A stretch of 38,287 nucleotides of DNA from positions 1 through 38,287 of IMG/VR virus record IMGVR_UViG_3300025779_000009; one strand, given 5' to 3'. The notes beneath the pieces were generated by a model. It searched no databases and had not been told where the DNA came from. It saw only the letters and a list, made by a program, of their open reading frames with translations. Of this stretch, positions 19,438-26,776 are shown piece after piece. Positions within the stretch are counted from its first letter, which is position 1. Each line of letters starts with the position of its first letter. Source of the stretch: a virus (taxonomy: Duplodnaviria; Caudoviricetes). A program made the position numbers and the translations under genes.

Positions 19438-19976
19438 TGGCCGCCTTCGATTGGAAAGGCACCATTGGAAAGGTGGCACCGTGGATCGCGACAGCACTTG
19501 GAGGACCAGCGGCCGGGCTTGCGATCGATGCCGTGTGCAAAGCTGCAGGCCTCGCTCCATCGCTGGAAAATGCGCAGAAGGCGGCGGAGCTGGCAGCAGC
19601 TGGGTCCCTTACTGGCGAGCAGTTCCTTGCGCTGCGCCAATCGGAGGATACCTTCAAGCTCAAGATGATGGAAATGGGCTACAAGCAGATCGCGGACCTG
19701 GAGGAGATAGCTTACAAGGACCGTGACTCAGCCAGGAACCGTGAGATCCAGACCAAGGACATGACCCCACGGATCTTGGCCTATGGGGTAACGATCGGAT
19801 TCTTTGGGCTGATGATTTTCATGATGAAATGGAATGTACCTGCGGCAAACAAAGACATGTTGAACATCATGTTGGGCGCCCTTGGTGGTGCCTGGGTCAG
19901 CATTGTCAGTTATTACTTTGGAAGCAGCGCTGGTTCCGCCAAGAAAGACGACACCATCAACGCCGCTGTAAAGTAA
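19437..19976 (+). CDS. Holin-like membrane protein (3TM holin type)
   Basis: VAPWIATALGGPAAGLA, DRDSARNRE and two C-terminal TM helices ending YYFGSSAGS. Confidence 0.7.
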   Translation: MAAFDWKGTIGKVAPWIATALGGPAAGLAIDAVCKAAGLAPSLENAQKAAELAAAGSLTGEQFLALRQSEDTFKLKMMEMGYKQIADLEEIAYKDRDSARNREIQTKDMTPRILAYGVTIGFFGLMIFMMKWNVPAANKDMLNIMLGALGGAWVSIVSYYFGSSAGSAKKDDTINAAVK

Positions 19977-19979
19977 TTA

Positions 19980-20762
19980 CTACCACCACCTGAGCTGCTC
20001 GTTGCCCTTCTCCCTGAGGTCTCGGAGGAGGGCCATGAGCTTCACTGGCTCCATATTGGCCGGGCCTTGATTCATGCAGCCTGACGGATAGTGGCCACCG
20101 TGCCAGATCTCATTAGCCAGCGGCAGGTGCTCGTCGTAAATGTGTGCTGATACTGCCGTGTGATAAAGGGCCCCGGCCTCGGCCTCCACTGAATATTCTC
20201 GCAGAAGACCTGCCACGAGGTGCCCCACCATGCTGAAGTTGAAGACATCGTAGGGGAACCCCAGCCAGAAATCGTTGGACCTCATGAAGGCGTGGACATC
20301 CAGGACCCCACCACGCAGCTGGAACCACAAGGCCACCGTGCAAGGGATATCCTTGCTCGGCTGCGGGTTGGGGGTCCAGATGGTGAGCCCCGCCTGGCGG
20401 CTCATCGGATCCTTGACGAGGGTCTCTACCACGTAGTCGAGCTGGGCGGCAATGCGTGGCCCGTAGGCCCCGGCGAAGCTCTCACCGTCGTCGCTGAATT
20501 TTAGTAGTTGACTGTTGTAGGGCACAACGCCTTCCACCGAGTCATCCCCCGACAGGATCCAGTAGGCCTCAGCGGCCATGAACCGATAGTTGAGCTTCCG
20601 CTCCTGAATGGTCAGGACTGGACGGTGCATGTCCACGATCGACGTCAGGTGGGGCAACTCCGTGGTGCCCATACCCCGCGGGGCCACCCGTTGGCCGCGG
20701 TAGAGAAGCATGCCCAGGGCCCGAAGCCAAGCATCATTGGCCGATTGTGCAGTGAGATTCAC
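19980..20762 (-). CDS. Thymidylate synthase-family enzyme, predicted dCMP (hydroxy)methyltransferase
   Basis: AEAYWILSG, YGPR, catalytic DIPCT, MRSNDFWLGFPYD and HIY motifs. Asp replaces the dUMP-selecting Asn177 of E. coli ThyA. Confidence 0.82.
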   Translation of the reverse strand: MNLTAQSANDAWLRALGMLLYRGQRVAPRGMGTTELPHLTSIVDMHRPVLTIQERKLNYRFMAAEAYWILSGDDSVEGVVPYNSQLLKFSDDGESFAGAYGPRIAAQLDYVVETLVKDPMSRQAGLTIWTPNPQPSKDIPCTVALWFQLRGGVLDVHAFMRSNDFWLGFPYDVFNFSMVGHLVAGLLREYSVEAEAGALYHTAVSAHIYDEHLPLANEIWHGGHYPSGCMNQGPANMEPVKLMALLRDLREKGNEQLRWW

Positions 20763-21673
20763 AGGAGCTCCTTGATGACTTCAGTGAGGCGGTAGGGCTC
20801 ATTGGCGTGGAAGCGTTTCCAGAATTGAGGATGCTCGACCATGACATCGTCGAGACCCAACTGCTGGAGGGTCTGGTGGGCCTTCTGCCCCAGCGCAATG
20901 ACCCGCTGATGCGGCTGGAAGGTAGAATGCTTATTGAGTTGGTCGGCGTTGACCCACATCAGCTCCTGCTCGCTGATGTCGGCCTCCAAAAGCTGCTGCG
21001 TAACCCACTGGCTGCATCCGCCGTTGCTGAAGCTAGCGAAAGGCCACTGATAGTAGGCATCATTTGGTTTGTGCTGGGCGAATGATTCACCCACCAACAC
21101 GACCTTGGCCTCGAGGTTACCAGCGGACCTCACCAGGGCGGGGTGAAGTGGGGTCCTGAGCTGTGGCAGAAGGGTGGAGTGCTCCAATCGGACGTCCTGG
21201 TAGGTGTAGTTGTGGAGATAGACCGGCAGGTCCGTTAGCCCGTGCGCCGCGTAGCGTCGGTAGACAGCTCGTAGTTGGGCCTCGTCAGTGAGCATCTCAG
21301 CCGCCCGCCGCTTGTTGAAGTTAGCCACAGCCACCTCTTCACCAGGCAGACACATCACAACCACGGCCCCGCAGCGCATGGCGAGACGGTCTAGCATCCG
21401 GGCCGTGGGTCTCCCGAACCTGAGACTGCCCCCACGGAAGACCTCACCGTACGGTTGCTCAGACAGCCAGCAGCGGTCAAGAACAACGTCCTGGTAACCC
21501 AGGAGCGCGGGTAGCAGGGCCTCCACGTAGCAGCGGGCAAGACCTGGCCCGATGGCTGGCAAATTGCTGAAGTGGATGTAGGCCGCCCTTGTGTGGTGGG
21601 CAAACTCTCGAGCAGCAGTTGTTTTACCCCCGCCGTCCGGGCCCTCAAAGATTGTGACTGTCCTAGACGTCAT
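20759..21673 (-). CDS. dNMP (thymidylate-kinase-like) kinase fused to a C-terminal uracil-DNA glycosylase-superfamily-like domain
   Basis: P-loop IFEGPDGGGKTT and VVLDR..LSE..YG. The C-terminus has GNLEAKVVLVGE, VIALGQKA and EHP motifs. Start ATG at 21673 with GAGGGG RBS. Confidence 0.72.
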   Translation of the reverse strand: MTSRTVTIFEGPDGGGKTTAAREFAHHTRAAYIHFSNLPAIGPGLARCYVEALLPALLGYQDVVLDRCWLSEQPYGEVFRGGSLRFGRPTARMLDRLAMRCGAVVVMCLPGEEVAVANFNKRRAAEMLTDEAQLRAVYRRYAAHGLTDLPVYLHNYTYQDVRLEHSTLLPQLRTPLHPALVRSAGNLEAKVVLVGESFAQHKPNDAYYQWPFASFSNGGCSQWVTQQLLEADISEQELMWVNADQLNKHSTFQPHQRVIALGQKAHQTLQQLGLDDVMVEHPQFWKRFHANEPYRLTEVIKELL

Positions 21674-22169
21674 CACGGCACAGCCCCTCAAGTACTTGGT
21701 CGTGGGCATTGGTAAACAGGAGGCGGTTATACTGGTGCTCATACAAAATCATGAGGGTCATAGGTGGCACCCACCCCATGGGCTTGATCAGGTCGACCCT
21801 GTGTCCGCGCTTGCCGACCCCGGGGATCTTGTCCATGTTGGCTCCATGGACGTCGGACCAGAGCTCCTCCCAGGGCAGGCCCAGCATGATGGCGGTCCCC
21901 TTGGCAAAGTAGACGAGGTCAATCAGGGCATCGGCCTGGGCAGCGAGGTCTTGGAGCTCAACCCCCTCCCTGAACTCATCGAGCTCTTCCTGCATGCACT
22001 CCAACCGCTCGAATAGCTTCCGACGGGTGAGGTGGGCGGGAAAGGGTGGTCGAGTGAGGTGACCAAATCGCGCCAAGAACTGCTCGACGTCGAGGGTCTC
22101 CTGGTCGACGTAGGTGGGGCCACCTGGGTCCCTGAAGAACACGCTCTTAAACCACGACTTGAGACTCAT
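21663..22169 (-). CDS. All-alpha (MazG/PRA-PH-like) nucleoside triphosphate pyrophosphohydrolase
   Basis: EELDEF...ADALIDLVYF...VHGANMDK...KPMGW signature. ATGA overlap with the upstream gene. Confidence 0.8.
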   Translation of the reverse strand: MSLKSWFKSVFFRDPGGPTYVDQETLDVEQFLARFGHLTRPPFPAHLTRRKLFERLECMQEELDEFREGVELQDLAAQADALIDLVYFAKGTAIMLGLPWEELWSDVHGANMDKIPGVGKRGHRVDLIKPMGWVPPMTLMILYEHQYNRLLFTNAHDQVLEGLCRDDV

Positions 22170-22909
22170 TTGACCCTCCGGCAAACCCACAGGTTGTTGC
22201 GGGCCTGGTCAGGGAATAGTGGGCCGAAGATGTTCGAGATGGCGTCACTGTCGAAATACTCCTCGAGCATTGCCGCCACCTGGCCCACCGCCTTGTCCGG
22301 GTGCTTCTTGATGTGCTTGATGTCCATGAAGGTGCCGAACCGCCGCTCCACCACGAAGCCAGCCTTTTCAGCCGCCTTCTGAAGCTCGGGGACGGTGTAC
22401 TCGTGGATGTGGTTGGCAGCGTGGCGCTTCCCGTCGTAGCAGGGGGTCGACATCAGCATGACACCGCCGACCTTCAGGCTGTCGAAACAGGCCTTGAGCA
22501 GCTTGGCTCCGAGCTCCACACGCATGTGCTCGATGACCTCGTAGTGGACCACGACGTCGAACCTTTCAGGCTTGGCCTTGAGCAGCTCCTTGTAGCGCTC
22601 CACGAAGTTGAACTCGCCATGGAAGGTGAGTCGCTGGGACGCCGAGGGCTTCAGCTTGTTCAGGTCCACACCCACGTAGGTGTTGACGTGGGCCGCAGCC
22701 CCACCAGTCAGGATCTTGCTGAGGGGCCGGTCCTCACCGCAACCAATCTCGAGCACGTCGTGGTTGGGCTTGACGAAGCGACGGGCGAAGGACCAGCGAA
22801 AAAAGTGGGCGGAGTAGTCCCTGGCAAGGGTTCTACCATGTCCAGCCTCCCTGAGCTGTGTCTGATCATAGTCACGGTCATCACGGTGTTTCTCTTTACG
22901 CTGGACCAT
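22166..22909 (-). CDS. Class I SAM-dependent methyltransferase (UbiG-like, not a canonical DNA MTase)
   Basis: Motif I VLEIGCGE, YVGVDLN, FDVVVHYEVIEH and LKVGGVMLMSTP. No DPPY/NPPY or C5 motif-IV PC after motif I. AGGAGG RBS. Confidence 0.85.
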   Translation of the reverse strand: MVQRKEKHRDDRDYDQTQLREAGHGRTLARDYSAHFFRWSFARRFVKPNHDVLEIGCGEDRPLSKILTGGAAAHVNTYVGVDLNKLKPSASQRLTFHGEFNFVERYKELLKAKPERFDVVVHYEVIEHMRVELGAKLLKACFDSLKVGGVMLMSTPCYDGKRHAANHIHEYTVPELQKAAEKAGFVVERRFGTFMDIKHIKKHPDKAVGQVAAMLEEYFDSDAISNIFGPLFPDQARNNLWVCRRVK

Positions 22910-23371
22910 CTAGTCCTCCTGGGTGGGGTGTGTTCTGAGCGGTGTGAACAGAGCCCGGTCGATGGGCCAGTCACATTTGATTCGTTGTTGGAACTGATTG
23001 CTAGGCACTACGCACCTGGGATCTGCACCCCATTCTGCAGAGCACTTAGTCTCATCTTGAAAAGTCAGAAGAAGATTGTTGGATTTGTTCCAGCAGTTTA
23101 CCTGTCGCGAAACAAACCGACAATTCGTCGGGCTGTAACCCTTGGTGTTGTCGATGCGATCGATGTCAAGGCCATACTTATAGCCATTGATAATTGCCCA
23201 CTTCACAAAGTTAACACTACCGGAGCGCCCTGACCACTCTGAGCAGAGTGTGATGCCCTTCGCCCCGTAGTCCTTCCAAGATCTGTGCTTGGGCGAATTA
23301 CAACGGCCGTGGATCCCAGCCCAAACTGCTTGGAGCTTGAAGATGAGGTCCACGACCGCGTCGGAGGTCAT
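22910..23371 (-). CDS. HNH-type homing endonuclease-like protein
   Basis: RCNSP....KDYGAKGITLCSEW...LDIDRIDNTKGYSPTNCRF...NCWN. Visibly more AT-rich than its neighbours. Confidence 0.75.
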   Translation of the reverse strand: MTSDAVVDLIFKLQAVWAGIHGRCNSPKHRSWKDYGAKGITLCSEWSGRSGSVNFVKWAIINGYKYGLDIDRIDNTKGYSPTNCRFVSRQVNCWNKSNNLLLTFQDETKCSAEWGADPRCVVPSNQFQQRIKCDWPIDRALFTPLRTHPTQED

Positions 23372-23372
23372 G

Positions 23373-24110
23373 TTACTTTGCCTCCGGGGGATTCATCCCC
23401 TTCTTCTGAAGATCCTTCCTGTACCAGCGCACGTAGCCACGCTTCGACTCGTCGAGGCCGAACTTGGCCTGGACCTTCTCGAAGATCTTGTCGTCGGAGA
23501 GCTTCCCCTCCATGATGAGGTCACAGAACATCTTGCTGGCCGTGAGCTTCTTCTCGCCCGACGGCTTGTGGGTCTCGGTCACCTTGGTGGGGGTAGCTGT
23601 CGGCTTCCCACCCTTGAAGGGGGCCTTCTCAGCCTTGGGCTCAGGCTGCTTCTTGGCGGTGGCCTTAGCCACGACCTTCTTCGTGGTGGCCGCATCTTCG
23701 TTGGCCTTCTTGCGGTTCGTCGCCATGGCGACCTCCTGTGAAGTGATCTTGGTGAAGTTGCCTAGGAAGGTCATCACCTCGGTGGTAGCCCCTATCTCAA
23801 CTGCGTACCGGGCATAAACCGCGGCTCCCCGAGAGAGGCTGTGGTTGGGGACGGTCCTGAAGCGTTCAGTGAACTGAGCGGTGCTGGTGGAGCAAATACA
23901 GAGCCCAGACTCAGTCTCAAGTGGGATGAACTTGGTGATGCTTTCATCCTGGCTCACCACAAGACACGTGCGCTGCTCGTGGTCGAAGCAGAAGCGGGTC
24001 TGATGCTTGACGTCGTCGGCCAGGATCTCCTTGGGCTTCCCAGGTGGGACCCCCGCAGGCAGCTTCTTGGCCACCACGGTGGTGGGTTTCTTTGAGGCAG
24101 GTTTCGCCAT
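23373..24110 (-). CDS. Hypothetical protein with Lys-rich linker and C-terminal putative DNA-binding domain
   Basis: GAGGAG RBS downstream of a consensus promoter. The C-terminal domain is paralogous to 35354-35779. Confidence 0.7.
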   Translation of the reverse strand: MAKPASKKPTTVVAKKLPAGVPPGKPKEILADDVKHQTRFCFDHEQRTCLVVSQDESITKFIPLETESGLCICSTSTAQFTERFRTVPNHSLSRGAAVYARYAVEIGATTEVMTFLGNFTKITSQEVAMATNRKKANEDAATTKKVVAKATAKKQPEPKAEKAPFKGGKPTATPTKVTETHKPSGEKKLTASKMFCDLIMEGKLSDDKIFEKVQAKFGLDESKRGYVRWYRKDLQKKGMNPPEAK

Positions 24111-24132
24111 GGTTGCTCCTCGGTATATCTAA

Positions 24133-24170
24133 ATTATAGGCCCACAGCTGACTCTGTAAACTGTTATTTT
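24133..24170 (-). promoter_or_regulatory. Sigma70-like phage promoter, copy 1 (upstream of the modification module)
   Basis: Minus strand AAAATAACAG-TTTACA-N16-TATAAT. Confidence 0.75.
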
Positions 24171-25657
24171 TGGACCTTTTTTCGTGACGAGGCCAGATCA
24201 ATAAGTGCTTTGAACAACGACTGCTGCCCCGTGCTCTTCTGCTCGATGGCCATGTAGATGACCTCCTCGATGCTGTCCGAGACAATAAGACGATGGTTAA
24301 AGACCCGCTTGTGCTTGTTTCCCTGGCGGTAGACCCGACGAATGAATTGGTCGTAGAGATCGTAGTCCCAGGTGGGTGAGTGCCACGCGACGTGGTGCCC
24401 GGCCCCCTGCAGGTTCAGGCCGTGGCCGATGGAGGCTGGGTGCCCAAACAGCAGCGGGATCTTGCCGGCATTCCACTTGTCCTCGATCTGGCTGAACTTC
24501 TTGGCAGGGAAGTCACTGGCAAAGACCCCCTTGGGGAACGCCTTCCGCAATCGGTCCTGGTCGTGCTGGAAGTCGTAGGCCACAAGCAAAGGCTCGCCCT
24601 GCAGCTCATCCACGAGGTCCAGCAGGGCATCGGTCTTCGCCTCATGGAGGTTCACCCACTCCCGCTCAGACTTGGGGGCTTGAAGGCCGTTGTCCAGGGT
24701 CTTGGGGTCGAGGTAGATGCCCCCGCAGCAGACCTGTCGACATTTCATGCTGACGATCCCAGCGTTGGCAGCCGTCACCAGCCGGTCGTCAAGTGCCACG
24801 ATGAGCTCCTTCTCCAGCTCGTCGTAAATCTTTCGCACCTTGTCAGGCAGCTGGACCATGATGTCGTGGGGCACCAGGTCGGGCATGTCGATGAGGTCGT
24901 CCCCCATCCGAATGACGATGGGCTCAATCTTCTCGTAGATCCGCTCCTCCCCACCGGGCTGTAGCTCGTAGGCGAAGCCGTTCCGGTCTGGTACGAAGAA
25001 CTGGCTGCGGAAGTGGGTGATGAACCGCCCCAGGCTGTTCCCCAGGTCCAGCATGTAGATCTGCCCGAACAGGTCCATGAGGCCATTGGCGGCTGGTGAC
25101 CCCGTCAGGCCCCACCGGCGGCCGAAGGTGTGGAGCACCAACTTGAATCCCTTGAACCTGTTGCTGTTGTAATGCTTGAACTTATTGAGCTCGTCGATCA
25201 CCAGGACGTCGTAGCCCAGCTTCTTGAACCTTGCCACGTCGACGTCGACCTTGACCTTGTTGGTCCTGACGGAGCGGGTCTTCTCGAACCCCAGGAGCCA
25301 GTCCAGACCCTCAGGGTTGATGAGGTGGATGTCGGTGTCCTGCTTCAGCAGTTGTTCCTTGTGGGGCCCGTGGAGGACGGTACAGGTGAGGTGCTTAAAG
25401 TCCGACCACCTGAGGATCTCCTTGGGCCATACATTGTGGCAGACCCGGACGGGGGCCACGATGAGCACCTTCCCGATCAGCTTTCGCTTCTTCAGGAAGG
25501 TGATGGCCGCCAGGGTAATGCTAGTCTTGCCGAGGCCCGGGTCCGCAAAGATCCCGGCGCAGGCGTGCTCCAGGAGGAACTTAACCCCGGTTTTTTGGTA
25601 CTTGTGCGGCTTCCAGGGCTCGCTGCACCGCGCGAAAAGCTGACTCAACGTCATCAT
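24164..25657 (-). CDS. SNF2-family (SF2) helicase
   Basis: DPGLGKT, LVIDE, LTGSP and GHGLNLQ...QFIRRVYRQG motifs. Confidence 0.9.
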   Translation of the reverse strand: MMTLSQLFARCSEPWKPHKYQKTGVKFLLEHACAGIFADPGLGKTSITLAAITFLKKRKLIGKVLIVAPVRVCHNVWPKEILRWSDFKHLTCTVLHGPHKEQLLKQDTDIHLINPEGLDWLLGFEKTRSVRTNKVKVDVDVARFKKLGYDVLVIDELNKFKHYNSNRFKGFKLVLHTFGRRWGLTGSPAANGLMDLFGQIYMLDLGNSLGRFITHFRSQFFVPDRNGFAYELQPGGEERIYEKIEPIVIRMGDDLIDMPDLVPHDIMVQLPDKVRKIYDELEKELIVALDDRLVTAANAGIVSMKCRQVCCGGIYLDPKTLDNGLQAPKSEREWVNLHEAKTDALLDLVDELQGEPLLVAYDFQHDQDRLRKAFPKGVFASDFPAKKFSQIEDKWNAGKIPLLFGHPASIGHGLNLQGAGHHVAWHSPTWDYDLYDQFIRRVYRQGNKHKRVFNHRLIVSDSIEEVIYMAIEQKSTGQQSLFKALIDLASSRKKVQK

Positions 25658-25889
25658 GCACCTCAATCTGATACCCGAGCTTCTTCAACTTCTTATGGAT
25701 GTGAGTCTGGATCTTCCGTGGCTCTTCACCCACCCGCTTGAACTCGATGAGAAAAGGGCGACCTCCTGGAAGCCAGAAGAGACGATCGGGGAAACCAATC
25801 TTACCCTTCACGTTAAGTTTCAGGTTCTCAACCCCCAGCTCATCAAGGATCCGCTGACAGGCGTCAGTCTCGATAATGCTCTCTAACAC
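25581..25889 (-). CDS. VRR-NUC domain nuclease
   Basis: ESIIE...GFPDRLF...LIEFKR....RKIQ PD-(D/E)XK pattern. GGAGG RBS before GTG at 25889. Confidence 0.85.
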   Translation of the reverse strand: MLESIIETDACQRILDELGVENLKLNVKGKIGFPDRLFWLPGGRPFLIEFKRVGEEPRKIQTHIHKKLKKLGYQIEVHDDVESAFRAVQRALEAAQVPKNRG

Positions 25890-26061
25890 GGTCGCCTCCG
25901 GGCGGCGGGCATTGGTCACACAAAAACTGTGTCGGTGCCGAACCGCCAAGAAAGGTCACCATAAAAAACAAGTCACCAGGGGTTATGGCTGTTCGGCACG
26001 TCCTACAAATTCTAGTCACGTGCTTTGATCTTAGATACCTAACCATTCGATATGGCGACAT
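25864..26061 (-). CDS. Small zinc-finger protein
   Basis: CRTC...I.PGD...CDQC, 65 aa, filling the gap between the two nuclease genes. Confidence 0.5.
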   Translation of the reverse strand: MSPYRMVRYLRSKHVTRICRTCRTAITPGDLFFMVTFLGGSAPTQFLCDQCPPPGGDRVREHYRD

Positions 26062-26062
26062 C

Positions 26063-26776
26063 TTAGAACTTGCACCTTCCGCCCTTGCTCTTAGCGTGCG
26101 GGCACCAGCGACAGTAATCTCCAGGCCGTGGAGCAAAGAAGCGGTCCCCCATCATGGGCATCACCTTGGCGGCCCACTCCTTCTTCAGGGCCTCCACATC
26201 CTTGCGGAAGTAGACGAGCTTGACGAGTTCACCCTGGTCAAGGTACCAGAACTCCGCCTCGACCTCGTCGATTAGGGGGTACTTGCTGAAGGCCGCCAGG
26301 GCGTAGAGGCTCAACTGCTCCCTGGACTCCTCGCGCACCTTCCCGGTCTTGTAGTCCACGATCTTCAGCATGCTGCAGGACCCCGGCCCGATGTCCTTCC
26401 GCGTCTTGGTGTGAGGCGCCTTGTCAGTGATGTAATAGGCGTCGACGACGACCCGGACCCAGCAGTCCTTGCTGAACCATTCCACGGGTCTCCACTGACT
26501 ATCAAAGGCCCACTGTGCCTCGGTTTTCACCTCCTGCTTGAGCAGATGGGTGAACTCCTTTTTGAAGAGCTTCAGCCGGTCAGGCAGCACCTTCAACTTC
26601 TTGGTGACAAACTCCTCAGCCTGGGTGTGAGCCTCATGGCCACCCACTAGAGCAGGACCTTCCGGCTCAGCCACCTTGTCGAGGTAGACGAGCTTGGCAC
26701 GGAAGGGGCACTTACGGTAGTTGTTGAGGCGGGAGAAGCTCCAGGCCACAAACTTCTTGATGGGCTTAGTCGGCAC
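26063..26776 (-). CDS. Cas4/RecB-like PD-(D/E)XK exonuclease
   Basis: WSFSRL...KCP, VVD...IVDYKTGK, QLSLYA and CRWC......C (split 4-Cys cluster). Confidence 0.85.
   Translation of the reverse strand: MPTKPIKKFVAWSFSRLNNYRKCPFRAKLVYLDKVAEPEGPALVGGHEAHTQAEEFVTKKLKVLPDRLKLFKKEFTHLLKQEVKTEAQWAFDSQWRPVEWFSKDCWVRVVVDAYYITDKAPHTKTRKDIGPGSCSMLKIVDYKTGKVREESREQLSLYALAAFSKYPLIDEVEAEFWYLDQGELVKLVYFRKDVEALKKEWAAKVMPMMGDRFFAPRPGDYCRWCPHAKSKGGRCKF

Noticed and set aside
19980-20762. Ordinary thyA annotation
   Set aside because: PCT and PYD replace PCH and PFN, and the gene context points to cytosine modification.
22166-22909. Orphan anti-restriction DNA methyltransferase
   Set aside because: It lacks DPPY/NPPY/SPPY and the C5-MTase PC/ENV motif order.
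26063-26776. Cas4-like gene as evidence of a CRISPR system
   Set aside because: I saw no repeat-spacer array or other cas genes; solo Cas4-like nucleases are common next to phage polymerases.
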